A DNA stretch of 63,564 nucleotides, counting the filler, from Octopus bimaculoides (Eukaryota), in assembly GCF_001194135.2 (NCBI RefSeq). It is 4 parts of 3 records of this genome, joined end to end, with 100 filler letters (N's around TTAATTAATTAA, not from the genome) between each part and the next. Parts side by side here need not be neighbours in the genome. Positions count along the whole stretch, not along the records: positions 1 to 31,097 come from NC_068988.1; 3 more parts are not named here. One strand, written 5' to 3'. A model generated the notes under the pieces. It made no database searches. It was not told the origin of the DNA and saw nothing but the letters and a program-made list of their open reading frames with translations. This document shows positions 1 through 12,058 of this stretch, piece by piece. How positions within the stretch are numbered: the first letter of the stretch is position 1; every line of letters begins with the position of its first letter. A program made the position numbers and the translations under genes.

Positions 1-287
1 TCATGCAGTATTAATTTTGTAATGCAAGAAATTATGCATGCACATCTGCATTAATATGTTTGCTCAGTGTTATACAATACCATTGTATATTCACAAATTA
101 ATGCAAATAAAGAAACTTAGTTTATCAGATCACCAGAACATTATAGTTACATCAACAGTTCAATGCCAAATATAAAACAAAATTTATTCTTTATATATGC
201 AGTGCATGGAAGGCCACAACTGGACAAAATTACATTGATTTGGTCAGTAAAAGGTAAGCATCACAGTAAAGATATATTGTGTTACTA
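1..287 (+). repeat. Apparently exact copy of 615-901 ending at an N gap; probable contig-overlap artefact
   Basis: 1-287 matches 615-901 (offset 614) wherever compared by eye and stops exactly at the 10-N gap. Confidence 0.8.
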
Positions 288-1224
288 NNNNNNNNNNGGC
301 TGAGATGACAGTAGCTAATCTATGATGAAGCACTAGTCTAATCTTATATATAAATGAGTAGTATAATTTATGGATTCAGAGAAACGTGTGGCTATGACAG
401 ACAGCATCTTATATGGATTCGGCTATCACTTCACATTGTAATCAATTTCTAAGTAGTGAAATGTAATGTGGCCATGTAACTGAAAACCTAGAAAATCTGA
501 TCAATAAAAATTATTCTGTGATAAATATATAAAAACATAAATTCAAGCGATATGAGAGGTGAGTATATTTAGCAATGTGACTTTTGCAGAGTTACAGCCA
601 TTTTACAACCTTCTTCATGCAGTATTAATTTTGTAATGCAAGAAATTATGCATGCACATCTGCATTAATATGTTTGCTCAGTGTTATACAATACCATTGT
701 ATATTCACAAATTAATGCAAATAAAGAAACTTAGTTTATCAGATCACCAGAACATTATAGTTACATCAACAGTTCAATGCCAAATATAAAACAAAATTTA
801 TTCTTTATATATGCAGTGCATGGAAGGCCACAACTGGACAAAATTACATTGATTTGGTCAGTAAAAGGTAAGCATCACAGTAAAGATATATTGTGTTACT
901 ATCATTAGGGAAGAAATTTTCTTTACATATGAACCCCCTCGTATCAATTAATTTAAAGTGTTAGATAGAAATTAAGGAATTCATTCATATTAATTTAAGC
1001 AAAATAACAAGGGATAAAGTAAAAATAAAATAAGGTAAAACTATAGAAAAATACAAGAAAATAATATAAAAGAATTTTTATCAGAGTAATTACACTGACA
1101 GGTAAGTGTGTCTGTGGGTCATTGGGTCAATAGCCATTACTATAGTAAAGCAGAGAGTATAAATAATAACCAAATTGCTTTAGATCCTACTACATTTAAT
1201 TAAAATAAGTTTCAAAGCAAAAAT

Positions 1225-1875
1225 AAATTATATAAGCATATTTTGTGGTTCACTCCACCACACTTTCATCCAGTCCATATTATAAAATTTAATAGACATA
1301 GTTAAACTAGCTTACTCTACCATGCCAAATATTGCGGAATATATTAGCAAGATTTAACTGTGGTAAATTAAACTGTAAAACAAATAATTCTATAATTACT
1401 GACCACATCTATGTAATAGCACCTCTTAGCCATCCAAATAACCACAACATCACAATTACTAATGCATTTAATTCTAATAATAGGTCTACTAAGGATAGCA
1501 AGCTGGATTCAGTATATCTACAATAACCAAACTAACCTTACTTTATGTAACTGTCATGATAAATCACCATATTCAGTTAATAATCAATGCCTCAAGAAAA
1601 ATATAGTGTTTAAGTGCTCTATTACTATATTTTGTGAAGAACCTGTTTATATTGGTATGTCCTCTTCTTCATTCAAACTTCACTGGAATAGTCACAAATC
1701 TACTTTTAGACATAAAAATAAGGGTTGTAGTACTTCTTTAGCTAAATTTTAACAATCTTTCACTGATAATAACATTGAATATAAAATGCATTGTATGTAA
1801 TGCACAGCTATATAAAGGTGGTGCTGGTTGATGTGAGCTCTATGTATCTGAGGCATTCCATATCAATAGAATTAA
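1225..1875 (+). mobile_element. Degenerate Penelope-like element, RT C-terminus plus GIY-YIG endonuclease
   Basis: Broken frames give WFTPP, FNRH..VKLAYSTMPNIAEYIS, CNC..CLKKNIVFK..VYIGMSSSSFKLHWNSHKSTF..STSLAK and AQLYKGGAG*CELYVSEAFHI. These follow the order of the PLE C-terminal motifs; stops and frameshifts present. Confidence 0.85.
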
Positions 1876-1885
1876 ATATTACACT

Positions 1886-2180
1886 GTGTAACACGACTTT
1901 TATCCTTGGGTAGCAACTGATATTTCCTATTTGCTTACTTTAAGAAAGTATGAAAAATAGCTAATATTTCCTTCAAACTTTGCTTTTGTTACATTTACTC
2001 AAACCCCAAAGAATCCCTCTGAACACATGGCTATGATGCTCCCCACATTGCACCTGCTCATGATCAGAGATGCACATATTGTCAGTCACTAAGGAACAAG
2101 CTCAAGTGATTATGGTCAAGCAAGTGACCAGCAAATCTGTGCTACTGAGCAGAATATTTGCTATAATGATATGCCAGCAT
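1886..2180 (+). mobile_element. Partial copy of dispersed repeat family D
   Basis: Aligns with 13894-14190 and with the reverse complement of 56940-57265 (shared ctgctcatgatcagagatgcacatattgtcagtcactaagg). Confidence 0.8.
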
Positions 2181-3274
2181 CTTAGAAATAAATCATTCCT
2201 ATATGTTATGTAAACCTAACTTTAAATTAACTTATCAGACCAACACAAGCATACCGTATGACTTTGATGAATGTGAATGACAGTTTTTCTATCCAACGAG
2301 GATCATAACTCACTTACTCTTGGTAATATATATTATATATGATCATATTGTCATACTACTATTATGTAAAACTACTTAATGGCTTATAGATATTTAGCAT
2401 TCAACGTCCTCCACAACCTTACATTTTATACCCTAAACTATTCTATTTAAGTATTACTTAAGTTGTTACTCTTTGATGACACTATATTTCTGTCAGTCTT
2501 CATTAACAAATATTTTTATTCCAGATATTAATATGCTGAAAAGTATATTGAGGTGTAGTTGCTGTGTGAGTAAAATTCTTGAAAACTCAAAAACTTTCTG
2601 TGATGCTTTTGTGACGTTGTTGACTTTTTATAGCAGTTTATTGTTGCAGAACCCAAATTCTTTGTAGAACCTTCAAATCACCAGCTATTTTGTTCCCCTC
2701 TTACCCATCTGTATAATTACTTTGGTAAAAAATTCTTTTATACTATTCTCTTATATTTTTATATATTTCTACATTATTTTATTCTTATTTTGTCTCTTAT
2801 TGTTTCTTCTTGTTATATTGCTTAAATTAAGGATATGAATTTCTTAATTTCTACCTAACACTTTAAATTAATTGATACAAGGGGGTTCATGTGTAAAGAA
2901 AATTTCTTCCCTAATAATAGTAACACAATATATCTTTACTGTGATGCTTACCTTTTACTGACCAAATCAATGAAATTTTGTCCAGTTGTGGCCTTCCATG
3001 CACTGCATATACAAAGAATAAATTTTGTTTTATATTTGGCATTGAACTGTTGATGTAACTATAATGTTCTGGTGATCTGATAAACTAAGTTTCTTTATTT
3101 GCATTAATTTGTGAATATACAATGGTATTGTATAATGCTGAGCAAACATGTACACAATTTCTTGCATACGGCATGAAAGAAGTTGTAAAATGGCTGTAAT
3201 CCTATGTTAAGTGGTTAAATAAATATATATTCATCTATCATATCTCCTGACTTTATATATGTGCGTGTGCATGC

Positions 3275-3319
<45 letters not shown>

Positions 3320-3323
<4 letters not shown>

Positions 3324-3530
3324 ATCTTTTGCTTGTTTCAGTCATTAGACTGCAGCCATGATATGGCACAATCTTGAAGAATTTAGGTTAAATGTATTGA
3401 CCTCCAGTGCTTATTTCTTTTAAGTCTGATATTTATTCTATCGGTTTCTTTTGCTGAACAGCTAAGTTATGGAAACATAAAGACACTAACACCAGTTATT
3501 AAGAGGTGGTGGGGGACAAACACACATGCA
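3320..3530 (-). mobile_element. SINE family A, 3' fragment
   Basis: Diverged match to 10275-10470 and 31400-31600 (cttgtttcagtcatt..ctaagttac..gggacaaacac). Confidence 0.75.
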
Positions 3531-4424
3531 AAAACACACACATAGACATAAATATATCTCTATCTATCTAGCTAACTATACACACATACACACACACACA
3601 CACACACATGCATATATATACACGTATACATATAAGAGAACTCTGTTGGTTATAACGACGAGGGTTCCAGCTGGTACAATCAATAGAACAGCTTCCTCGG
3701 GAAATTAACGTGAAAATGGCTGTGTGTGCTATATTTGTTGTGTGTATACACACACACAAACACAATATGCCCATTCCCCAGTAAAAACACACACATGCAC
3801 TCAAAGAAAAAACACAGACACAGACACATACACACTCATATAAAATGTCCTGTACAATAGTTGACTATAGAAAGATTATGTCTATGAAATGTTATATCGT
3901 TTTAATGGAAATAGAAACAAATTACATGTTGACTGTCATGGGGTGTAATACTATATAGTCAGAGACACACACAGACATATATTCACACATGTCAGTCATT
4001 ACATATGTATATGTATGTGTAGATGTGTATGTGTTGAATAACGTGCCTAATGTGGAAACACACGCACACTCAGACACATACATATTCATACACTCACACA
4101 CATATAGACACTCATATACAAAATGTGACGTTGTTGTTGAACATAGAAATACACTGACAGACACATACACACTCATATACTGACAGACACATACACACTC
4201 ATATACAAAATATGACGTCATGGTTGTGGTATAAAATATCCTCTACTGCGCGTGTGAGTATGTGTAGATATGAGTATGTGTAGATATATCTATGTGTGGT
4301 ATGTGTATGTGTGAAAAAAAAAAAGATTATAATAAAAAACAATAAAAAAAATATAAAAAATGCCTATTTGAATTTTAACCGTTGTCCTTGTATTAGCGTC
4401 ATATATATTTGTATATATGTATGT

Positions 4425-4462
<38 letters not shown>

Positions 4463-5087
4463 ATATATGTGTATATATGTATACTAGCAGTATAACCTGA
4501 CCTTGTCTGGGGGTGACTTATTACGCCATCTACGATAAGTCTTGCTAGGTGAAAATCAACTAAAAAAGAAAGCCTTACAACGAAAAAACCCTTATGATGT
4601 AAATATGTTCATAATTCAAAAGATGATGAAATTAATAGGGAAAGTCTGAAGGCTGTTTTGTGTAACATTGTTAAGCGTACGTAAATTTCATCTGTCTAAT
4701 TGGCTATACAAATGCTTGTGCAAAACAACTTTTTGCACTGCCCTGATTATACATAGCAGGGTAATCCCTTTTAGCAGGAGGTAGGATGGCAATTTCTGAT
4801 GAAGCAATTGCTGATGATCTGTTGCGACACAGTTTTGCTAGAATTCTATCAGATTAAATAGAAGATGTTGATGCACGATTTTGCATTATGTTCAAAGTAG
4901 CTTCTGGAATGTGGTGAATTGCTGCAGTCTGTTGCTGTCATTTTAAACCGGTTGCTTTCTTTCCCCAGCAAACTCTCTTCTTTGAAGGCATAATCTAAGT
5001 ATATATTAAACAGAACAGCAAAAGTTATAATAGATGGCAGGGTCTGTAATCTCTGTAATTTTTCAGATTAACACCTGCACGATTACT

Positions 5088-5200
5088 CAACCCTAACCCT
5101 AAAACCCTAAACCTAACCCTAACACTAGCCCTTAACCCTAAACCCTAACCCTAACCGTAACCCTAAAACCCTAACCCCGACCTTAAAACCGTAACCCTAA
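5088..5200 (+). repeat. Degenerate interstitial (CCCTAA)n telomere-like tract
   Basis: ccctaaccctaaaaccctaaacctaaccctaac...ccgtaaccctaa directly visible. Confidence 0.8.
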
Positions 5201-5359
5201 CACCCTAGTGAAAATCGTGGTATATTTACCAAACATTGACGAACATGAGTTATATTGTAGTCAATGATTGTGTGTACAGGTAGAAGGGAAGAAATATAAA
5301 AGTTGCTAGAAACAACAGCCAAATCTCCCTTAAATTACACAAAGTAAACGGAATTTTAA

Positions 5360-6060
5360 AATTTTTACATCAATGGAATTTTTTCGATGTGAACTTTCCA
5401 GTGCAGTAATTACGTGCTCAACATATAATATAGAGAGTAAGAGTAAAAGAGGGGGAAAGAGAGAGAGAGAGAGAGAGACATAAACCCTAACACTAACACC
5501 CTAGTGAAAATCGTGGTATATTTACCAAACATTGATGAACATGAGTTATATTGTAGTGAATGTTTTGTGAGAGAGAAGAGGGAGAGAGAGGGGGGAGAAA
5601 GGAATAGAGATGGTAGCAATGAAGAGAGAGAAAGAGAGAATGGAAGACAGTTATAAAATAGCAATGCGTGCACGTGTTTATATAAAAAACACAGAAACTA
5701 AATCTTATATCTATAATGTTGATGTGTGTATGTGTTTATGTGTATGTTGGCACAGATCACGTATGTGTGGTTGTGTGTGCTTTTACGTATCTTATGAAAA
5801 ATAGGTAAAGAATACTGAGAGGAAAGTTTAATCTATGACTTTGTATGTATCACTTTCTCTCTCTCTCTCTCTCTCTCTCCCTCTTTTACACTTACTCTCT
5901 ATATTATATGTTGAATGCATGTGTAAGAACGCCGTTCCAGGTAGAAGGGAAGAAATATAACAGCCAAATCTCCCTTAAATCACACAAGTAAACAGAATTT
6001 TAAAAATCTAATTACTGCACTGGAAAGTTCACATCAAGAAAATTCCATTGATGTAAAAAT
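5360..6060. mobile_element. Composite fold-back / MITE-like element with long inverted arms
   Basis: 5360-5412 is the near reverse complement of 6009-6060, and 5412-5470 of about 5860-5920. Direct repeats 5195-5270/5490-5560 and 5278-5360/5938-6008 are also present. Confidence 0.65.
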
Positions 6061-6879
6061 GTTTATGAAAAAGTGGAAAATGTGGATTTCTATACACTTT
6101 TAAAAAGGCTTCACACAGACACACAACTTCAGCTTTATATATTAAGATAAGCAAGGTTATATGTGCATATATGTATCTAAGATGTTGTATCCATTCACTG
6201 TTAGACGGTGGTGAGAGGGACAAACGCACACACACACATATATATATGTGTGTGTCTACATATATGTATATTCATATGTATGTGTGTGTATGTGTGTGTC
6301 TACATATATGTATATTCATATGTATGTGTGTGTATGTGTGTGTGTGTGTGTGTATACAACCTTCAACAAAGTAACAGTCATGTATACGACTTGAACTGAC
6401 ACAAATATCAGGACATAAACATACGTTCACATGTACAAACACATGTGCACGCACACACAAACACGTCTACACACTTACCCTATTATTCACGTACATGCAT
6501 AAGTACATATGTGCATACTTACATACATACATACATACATACATACATGCGTATAGGCATGCACACATGCATACGCATGTACACAGATGCATACGTGCAC
6601 ACATGTACACACACATACATACATACATACATACATACATACACACACACATACATACATGCATACATACATACATGCATACATACGTATGTACATATAT
6701 ATCATGAACTAACTGTTACTTTCTCAGATGCAGCACAGAATTTTGTCGGTGAACAGGTCGCGGTCTCAATTCGACGAAAATATTTTGACAAATTAAATTT
6801 AAATGTTGAAGTGAATCTAACGGTTTTTGTGTGTTATTTTAAATGGCTTATAAACACCTTCCACGCTGCAATTGTAAAG

Positions 6880-7040
6880 GTTATATTGTTTTAATGGAAA
6901 TGGAAAAAAAAAATTACATTTTGACACTTGTTGGGTGTGATACTATTATCTTGTAAAATTTGATATGATTTGGTGGAGCCCTTTGAGAATACATTGGGAA
7001 CAGACTGTCAGAGAGACAAAGAATTTTATATATACAGATG
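6880..7040 (+). mobile_element. Possible non-autonomous Helitron/HINE-like 3' end
   Basis: Ends ..acagactgtcagagagacaaagaattttatatatacagat, similar to ends at about 10870 and 35540; part also matches 3890-3960. Confidence 0.35.
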
Positions 7041-7866
7041 ACAATAATAAGTGAATTGCATGTGTTATTTTATATATCAATACAGTAATGGCAATTATTT
7101 AATACACAAGGCTTTGGTCTGTACAGAGCTGTAATGAAAGAGAACTGCCCAATGTACCACACAGTGGGATTGAACCAAAGATGACATGGTTGGAAAGCAA
7201 GCTTCTCAATCACAGTCACACCTATAAAGGAGAGATACATTTTGGAGTATATACTCTTTGATACAATATGCTTAACAAAAAGATGGGATGTTTACGGCAA
7301 GAAGACCTTTGATTTTAATATTTACTCAACCAATGCAACAACTAACAATGCTACACCATACAGGGTATGCCAGAATGAACTATCTGTTTCAATGGAATTG
7401 AGCAAATTTTAAAAAAACTGACAAAAATTATAAAATCATAAACAAAATTCAAAATTTATACACTTTTAACACATANNNNNNNNNNNNNNNNNNNNNNNNN
7501 NNNNNNNNNNNNNNNNNNNNNNNNNNNNNNNNNNNNNNNNNNNNNNNNNNNNNNNNNNNNNNNNNNNNNNNNNNNNNNNNNNNNNNNNNNNNNNNNNNNN
7601 NNNNNNNNNNNNNNNNNNNNNNNNNNNNNNNNNNNNNNNNNNNNNNNNNNNNNNNNNNNNNNNNNNNNNNNNNNNNNNNNNNNNNNNNNNNNNNNNNNNN
7701 NNNNNNNNNNNNNNNNNNNNNNNNNNNNNNNNNNNNNNNNNNNNNNNNNNNNNNNNNNNNNNNNNNNNNNNNNNNNNNNNNNNNNNNNNNNNNNNNNNNN
7801 NNNNNNNNNNNNNNNNNNNNNNNNNNNNNNNNNNNNNNNNNNNTATATATATATATATATATATTA

Positions 7867-7976
7867 GATTGGAGCCTGGTGTAGCCATCCGGTTGCACCA
7901 GTCCTCAGTCAAATCGTCCAACCCATGCTAGCATGGAAAGCGGATGTTAAACGATGATGATGATGATGATGATGAT
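7867..7976 (+). mobile_element. RTE-type 3' tail with (GAT)n
   Basis: ..cgtccaacccatgctagcatggaaagcggatgttaaacgatgatgat; same motif recurs at about 11030, 11990, 20113(-), 22005(-), 25070 and 35040. Confidence 0.7.
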
Positions 7977-8797
7977 ATATATTAAGCACATATATTAAAT
8001 GTTAGTTTAAGGGTTAATATGTAACTGTAAATACCTTGCAATCTTGCAACTGCTGTGATAATTATTAACTGCTAATTGAATGGTAAATGTATAAAATAAG
8101 ATGATCTTAGTGTTATCACATTAGAATTAAATGTGAAAGAATAAAAGTGAAACAATATTATAGTCTTATCACATTAGAATTGTAAGTGAAAGCATAAAGG
8201 TGAAACAACATCGGATCACACAAGATTAATCACTGGCTATGTTTGCGTCACCTATGCTTGTATTCTTCATTCCAAAATAATATAAACTTTCACGCACTTC
8301 CAAAATGGGGCTTTGTTCAGGTGTATCCACATGCGTATATGTGCAGGGGTGTGTGTGTGGGAGGGGGTTAGTGAGCAAGAAAAACATTTACGTAAATGTT
8401 CTCATAAAAATTCTATTAAACTAAGTTATCTTTATATGCCATGTTTGCAATTCTCCATACAAATGATAGGAAAGTGTGTATCAAATGAAATTAAAATCCT
8501 GGTTCAGTGACAGGTCGATGAAATTAGTACAGTTTACGTTTTTGATAACAACATATTCTCTCTTCTAATTAAATATTAAAAAAGAGAGAAAATTCCACCC
8601 TCTCTTTTGCAAGAGAAATTAATTTTGGCAGTAAGGATTAAACCCCTTGTTTCATTATCATAATCAAAAAGCGCTTATTTTTAGTTTAAAAAAATAAGTG
8701 GTGGAGTCGTAGACATATGACTGAAAATTTATTCAATATCGCGTTTGCTTCTATAAGGATAATTTACCTTTAAAGCGAAAAAAACATAACCGATGTA

Positions 8798-9852
8798 TCA
8801 GGTCATCCCATAAGTTCTGTCCAAATTTTGAATAAAGAAAACAAGTGATGAAATGTTATATTTAATCGAAAGTTAATCATCATTGTACTTTCCCTGATTA
8901 TCTATGACTTCCTTCCATTTATTTGCAAGCTTTTTAACCCCATCAATGTAAAACTCTTTTGGTTTCAAATTGAAGAACTCTGAAATGTCAGTTTCGACCT
9001 CCTCCTGGCTTGTGAAAGTTATTTCCCCCAAATGATTTTGTAAACTGCGAAACAAATGGTAGTCTGAAGGAGCAAGGTCGGGAGAATAAGGCGGATGAAG
9101 AATTTTTTCCCAACCAAGCTTTTCGATCTTCTGTGATGTAATCTTTGCCGTGTGGGGTCACGCATTGTCTTGATGAAACATCACTCCTTTTCGATACACT
9201 AAAGTGGGTCTTTTTTTTTTCAAAGCTTGGTTCAAACACTCTAATTGCTGACAGTAGACTTAAGCATTGATTGTTGCATTAGGTGGTAACAATTCAAAGT
9301 GAATTACTCCTTTGCAATCCCACCAGATTGAGAGAAGAACCTTTTTTCCATGAAGTTCCCTTCTTGGTTGTGGTTGAGCTTTTTCCCTTTTACCAAGCCA
9401 CTGTTTACAACGTTTAACATTTCGATAGAAGATTCATTTTTCATCACCAGTCACAAGTCTATCCAAAAAGTTTGCAAGAATGGAGAGAAGAGCAGNNNNN
9501 NNNNNNNNNNNNNNNNNNNNNNNNNNNNNNNNNNNNNNNNNCAAGTTCTTTCATTCAAGCATTCTTTCCCATAAACTGAGTGTATGTTTCGAGCCGCTTT
9601 GGCTGCAGAGTTTCTTTTTATGTACTCATAAAGCATTATGTGCCTTAAATGCTCTTTGGATACTTCCATGTTAAAAGGGTTTTAATCAAAGAAATTTTAA
9701 TTCTATTATTCTGTAAAATAATATTTAATTAGTTTAAATGTACACAAATGTATGAAAATAATTTTTAATTCCATTAGACATTCTAAAATACTGTTAAATT
9801 TCATTCAATTTTAAAAAAGGTAAAATCGGACAGAACTTATGAGATAACCTGA
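8798..9852 (-). mobile_element. Mariner DNA transposon, both TIRs, internally deleted pseudogenised transposase
   Basis: TIRs tcaggtcatcccataagttctgtcc / ggacagaacttatgagataacctga with TA flanks (8796-97, 9853-54). Minus strand gives MEVSKEHLRHIMLYEY..AARNIHSVYG and HPPYSPDLAPSDYHLFRSLQNHL..KKLANKWKEVIDNQGKY. Confidence 0.95.
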
Positions 9853-10274
9853 TATACAACAGGTATGTAAAACATATTTCTGTTTACTTTCTCTGTTCAT
9901 TGGCATCAGCTGTAGAAGTCATTGCGCACACACACAAACATAGAAATTTTCCAGACATTTAGCTGTTATTTTTAGCAGTTCATGTTCAGTTTTAGACAAC
10001 AGGATGGGGTGGCGAGGGATGTATGGATCAATTTTGGAGTTCTTCATTGAAAATTTGAAATTAAAAATTGTTTTTTCCCATAGTCTTAATCTCCGTATTT
10101 TCCCACATAGATTGAAAAAAGAATATGAAAAAAGTTACAAATTTAAAATTTGGTGGGAGTGGGGAATTTAGAATTTTGAAAACATGGTTTTTTGCTTGTT
10201 CAGAATCTCTCACATCAAAAACATAGGAATATGATGAAAAAAAAAAAAAAATTGGAAGGGTTGTATGCCCATAT

Positions 10275-10473
10275 ACTCTTTTATTTGTTTCAGTCACTTA
10301 ACTGTGGTCATGCTGGAGCACCGCCTTTAGTCCAGCAAATTGACCCCAGGACTTATTCTTTGTAAGCCTAGTACTTGTTCTATCGGTCTCTTTTGCCGAA
10401 CTGCTAAGTTACGGGGACATAAACACACCAGCATTGGTTGTCAAGCTATGTTGGGTGGACAAACACAGATACA

Positions 10474-10526
<53 letters not shown>

Positions 10527-10687
10527 GACGAGATTCTTTCAGTTTCCCTCAACCAAATCCACTCGCAAGGCTTTGGTCAGCCCAAGGCTATAGTAGAAGA
10601 CACTTGCCCAAGGTGCCATGCAATGGGACTGAACCCAGAACCATGTGGTTCGTAAGCAAGCTACTTATCACATAACCACTCCTACAC
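10275..10687 (-). mobile_element. SINE family A (tRNA-like head, internal (CA)n), near full length
   Basis: Head on - strand with A-box-like tggttatgtgat and B-box-like gggttcagtcc. Flanked by an approximately 26-bp near-duplication aaattggaa(g/a)ggttgtatgcccatat at about 10249-10274 and 10695-10720. Confidence 0.85.
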
Positions 10688-10689
10688 TT

Positions 10690-10870
10690 GGGCAAAATTG
10701 GAAAGGTTGTATGCCCATATGGGCAAGGGCCAAAATGTGACTCCCCTAGAACTTTTCCTGGGTAATGAAAAACCTTCATGCCAAATTTGGTACAGCTTGA
10801 TGTAACGGTTTGACTGTGCATAGAGGAAACACACACACATAGACAGACAGCGAATTTTATAGACATAGAT
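10690..10870 (+). mobile_element. Possible Helitron/HINE-like non-autonomous element, 3' part
   Basis: ccaaatttggtacag..cggtttgactgtg..acacacacatagacagacagcgaattttatagacatagat resembles non-autonomous Helitron ends; resemblance only. Confidence 0.4.
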
Positions 10871-12058
10871 ATGTATATTCATCATCATCTTTATCATCAT
10901 TTAGCATTCAATTTTCATTCTGGTATGGGTTTGATGTCCTTCATTTCCAGTCTTCCATGGAAACATGTCTGGCCATGGAGGAATATTACTTTATTTGGAA
11001 ACAGGTGAAGGTTGGTGACAAGAAGGGCATCTCACTGTAGAAAACCCACCTTAGCAACTTCTGTCTAACCCATGCAGGCATAGAAAAGTGGATGCTAAGT
11101 GATGATTAATAACACATACACACATCTAATAACACACACACACACATTTAATAGTGATTAAATAACCACGCAACTTCATTGACGGCGTCTCAGTAACCAA
11201 AGGGCGAAGTGCTGATGAATTCTATTGTAATAAATATTGTTGTGCTGTGATAGTTCAGAATCTGCGTTCCATTGTTTCTTCAAGAAATTTAATGTACGGA
11301 AGCGGAGTACACCTAATGGTGTATAACCACTTCCCTACACCCATATTCCATTCACTGTATTCAGCTCAAATCCTATCTCTAACAATCTGTCACTCTCCTC
11401 TCACACTACTATGAACTTGTTCACCCACATGTCTCCATCCTCAGTCCATATTCTTTCTCATACTCACCTTGAGAATACATTCTGACATCTTATCACTGAC
11501 ATCTTGCCATTGACATCTTTATTTACATTTCAGCTACTCCCATCCATTCCTATATAATGCCTTCTGTGTAATTCCAACCCCACCTGCCCACAAAGGGTTA
11601 AAGGAAGTAATTCCAGGGGGATAGGAGGTCACTGATAGCACAAATGGGATGAAATCTGTGCAGATTTTGTTCTCACAAGATTACAGCAGCTAAATAGTAT
11701 CATTGTGAGAAAGAGTGATGGTAAGATGAGTGTTGGAAATATGAGAGAGAAAGCTTGAAGTGGACAGACTGGGTCTGATGAGTCAATAAGCATAAACATT
11801 ATTGTTTAACCTCTCAACAACTCGTATAAAGCTACCTCTACTTCTACTATAACTCCACTTGGTTGAGGGAGCTTATCTTTTTTCTTTGTCTTGTGAGCTA
11901 CTTGACAACCTCACTAGTGCTGGTGCCACAAAAAAGCACCCAGTACACTCAATGTAGTCTTCTGTCTTATTAGATCTTTTCAAACTGTCAAATTCATGCC
12001 AGCATGGAAGATGGATGTTAAATGATGACAATGATGGCAAAAACAGTGACAATGATAA

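Larger units (their letters stand above)
591..3200. repeat. Long inverted repeat, arms about 591-1105 and 2702-3200, enclosing a Penelope remnant
   Basis: Reverse complement of 2860-3200 aligns closely with 591-960 (e.g. gtaacacaatatatctttactgtgatgcttacc); similarity is looser out to about 1105/2702. Confidence 0.9.

Noticed and set aside
300-400. Hammerhead ribozyme near the Penelope remnant
   Set aside because: No exact CUGANGA/GAAA core with supporting stems could be built by eye; an Infernal search with Rfam hammerhead models would settle it.
1-901. Recent tandem duplication of 287 bp
   Set aside because: The copy ends exactly at an N gap and looks identical; a contig-overlap artefact is more likely.
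4740-4940. Helitron PIF1 helicase remnant (LLAGGRMA, VASG..IAA)
   Set aside because: The motifs are in the wrong order and interrupted by stops; resemblance is too weak.
3526-6894. His/Thr-, Val/Cys- and Tyr/Ile-rich ORFs here and throughout the ORF track
   Set aside because: They are translations of (CA)n, (TA)n, (TACA)n, (CT)n, (AAT)n repeats or N runs.
9940-10060. Minus-strand open frame MKNSKIDPYIPRHPILLSKTEHELLKITAKCLENFY
   Set aside because: Weak splice signals, no recognisable domain, and adjacent to repeat-like sequence; cannot be supported.
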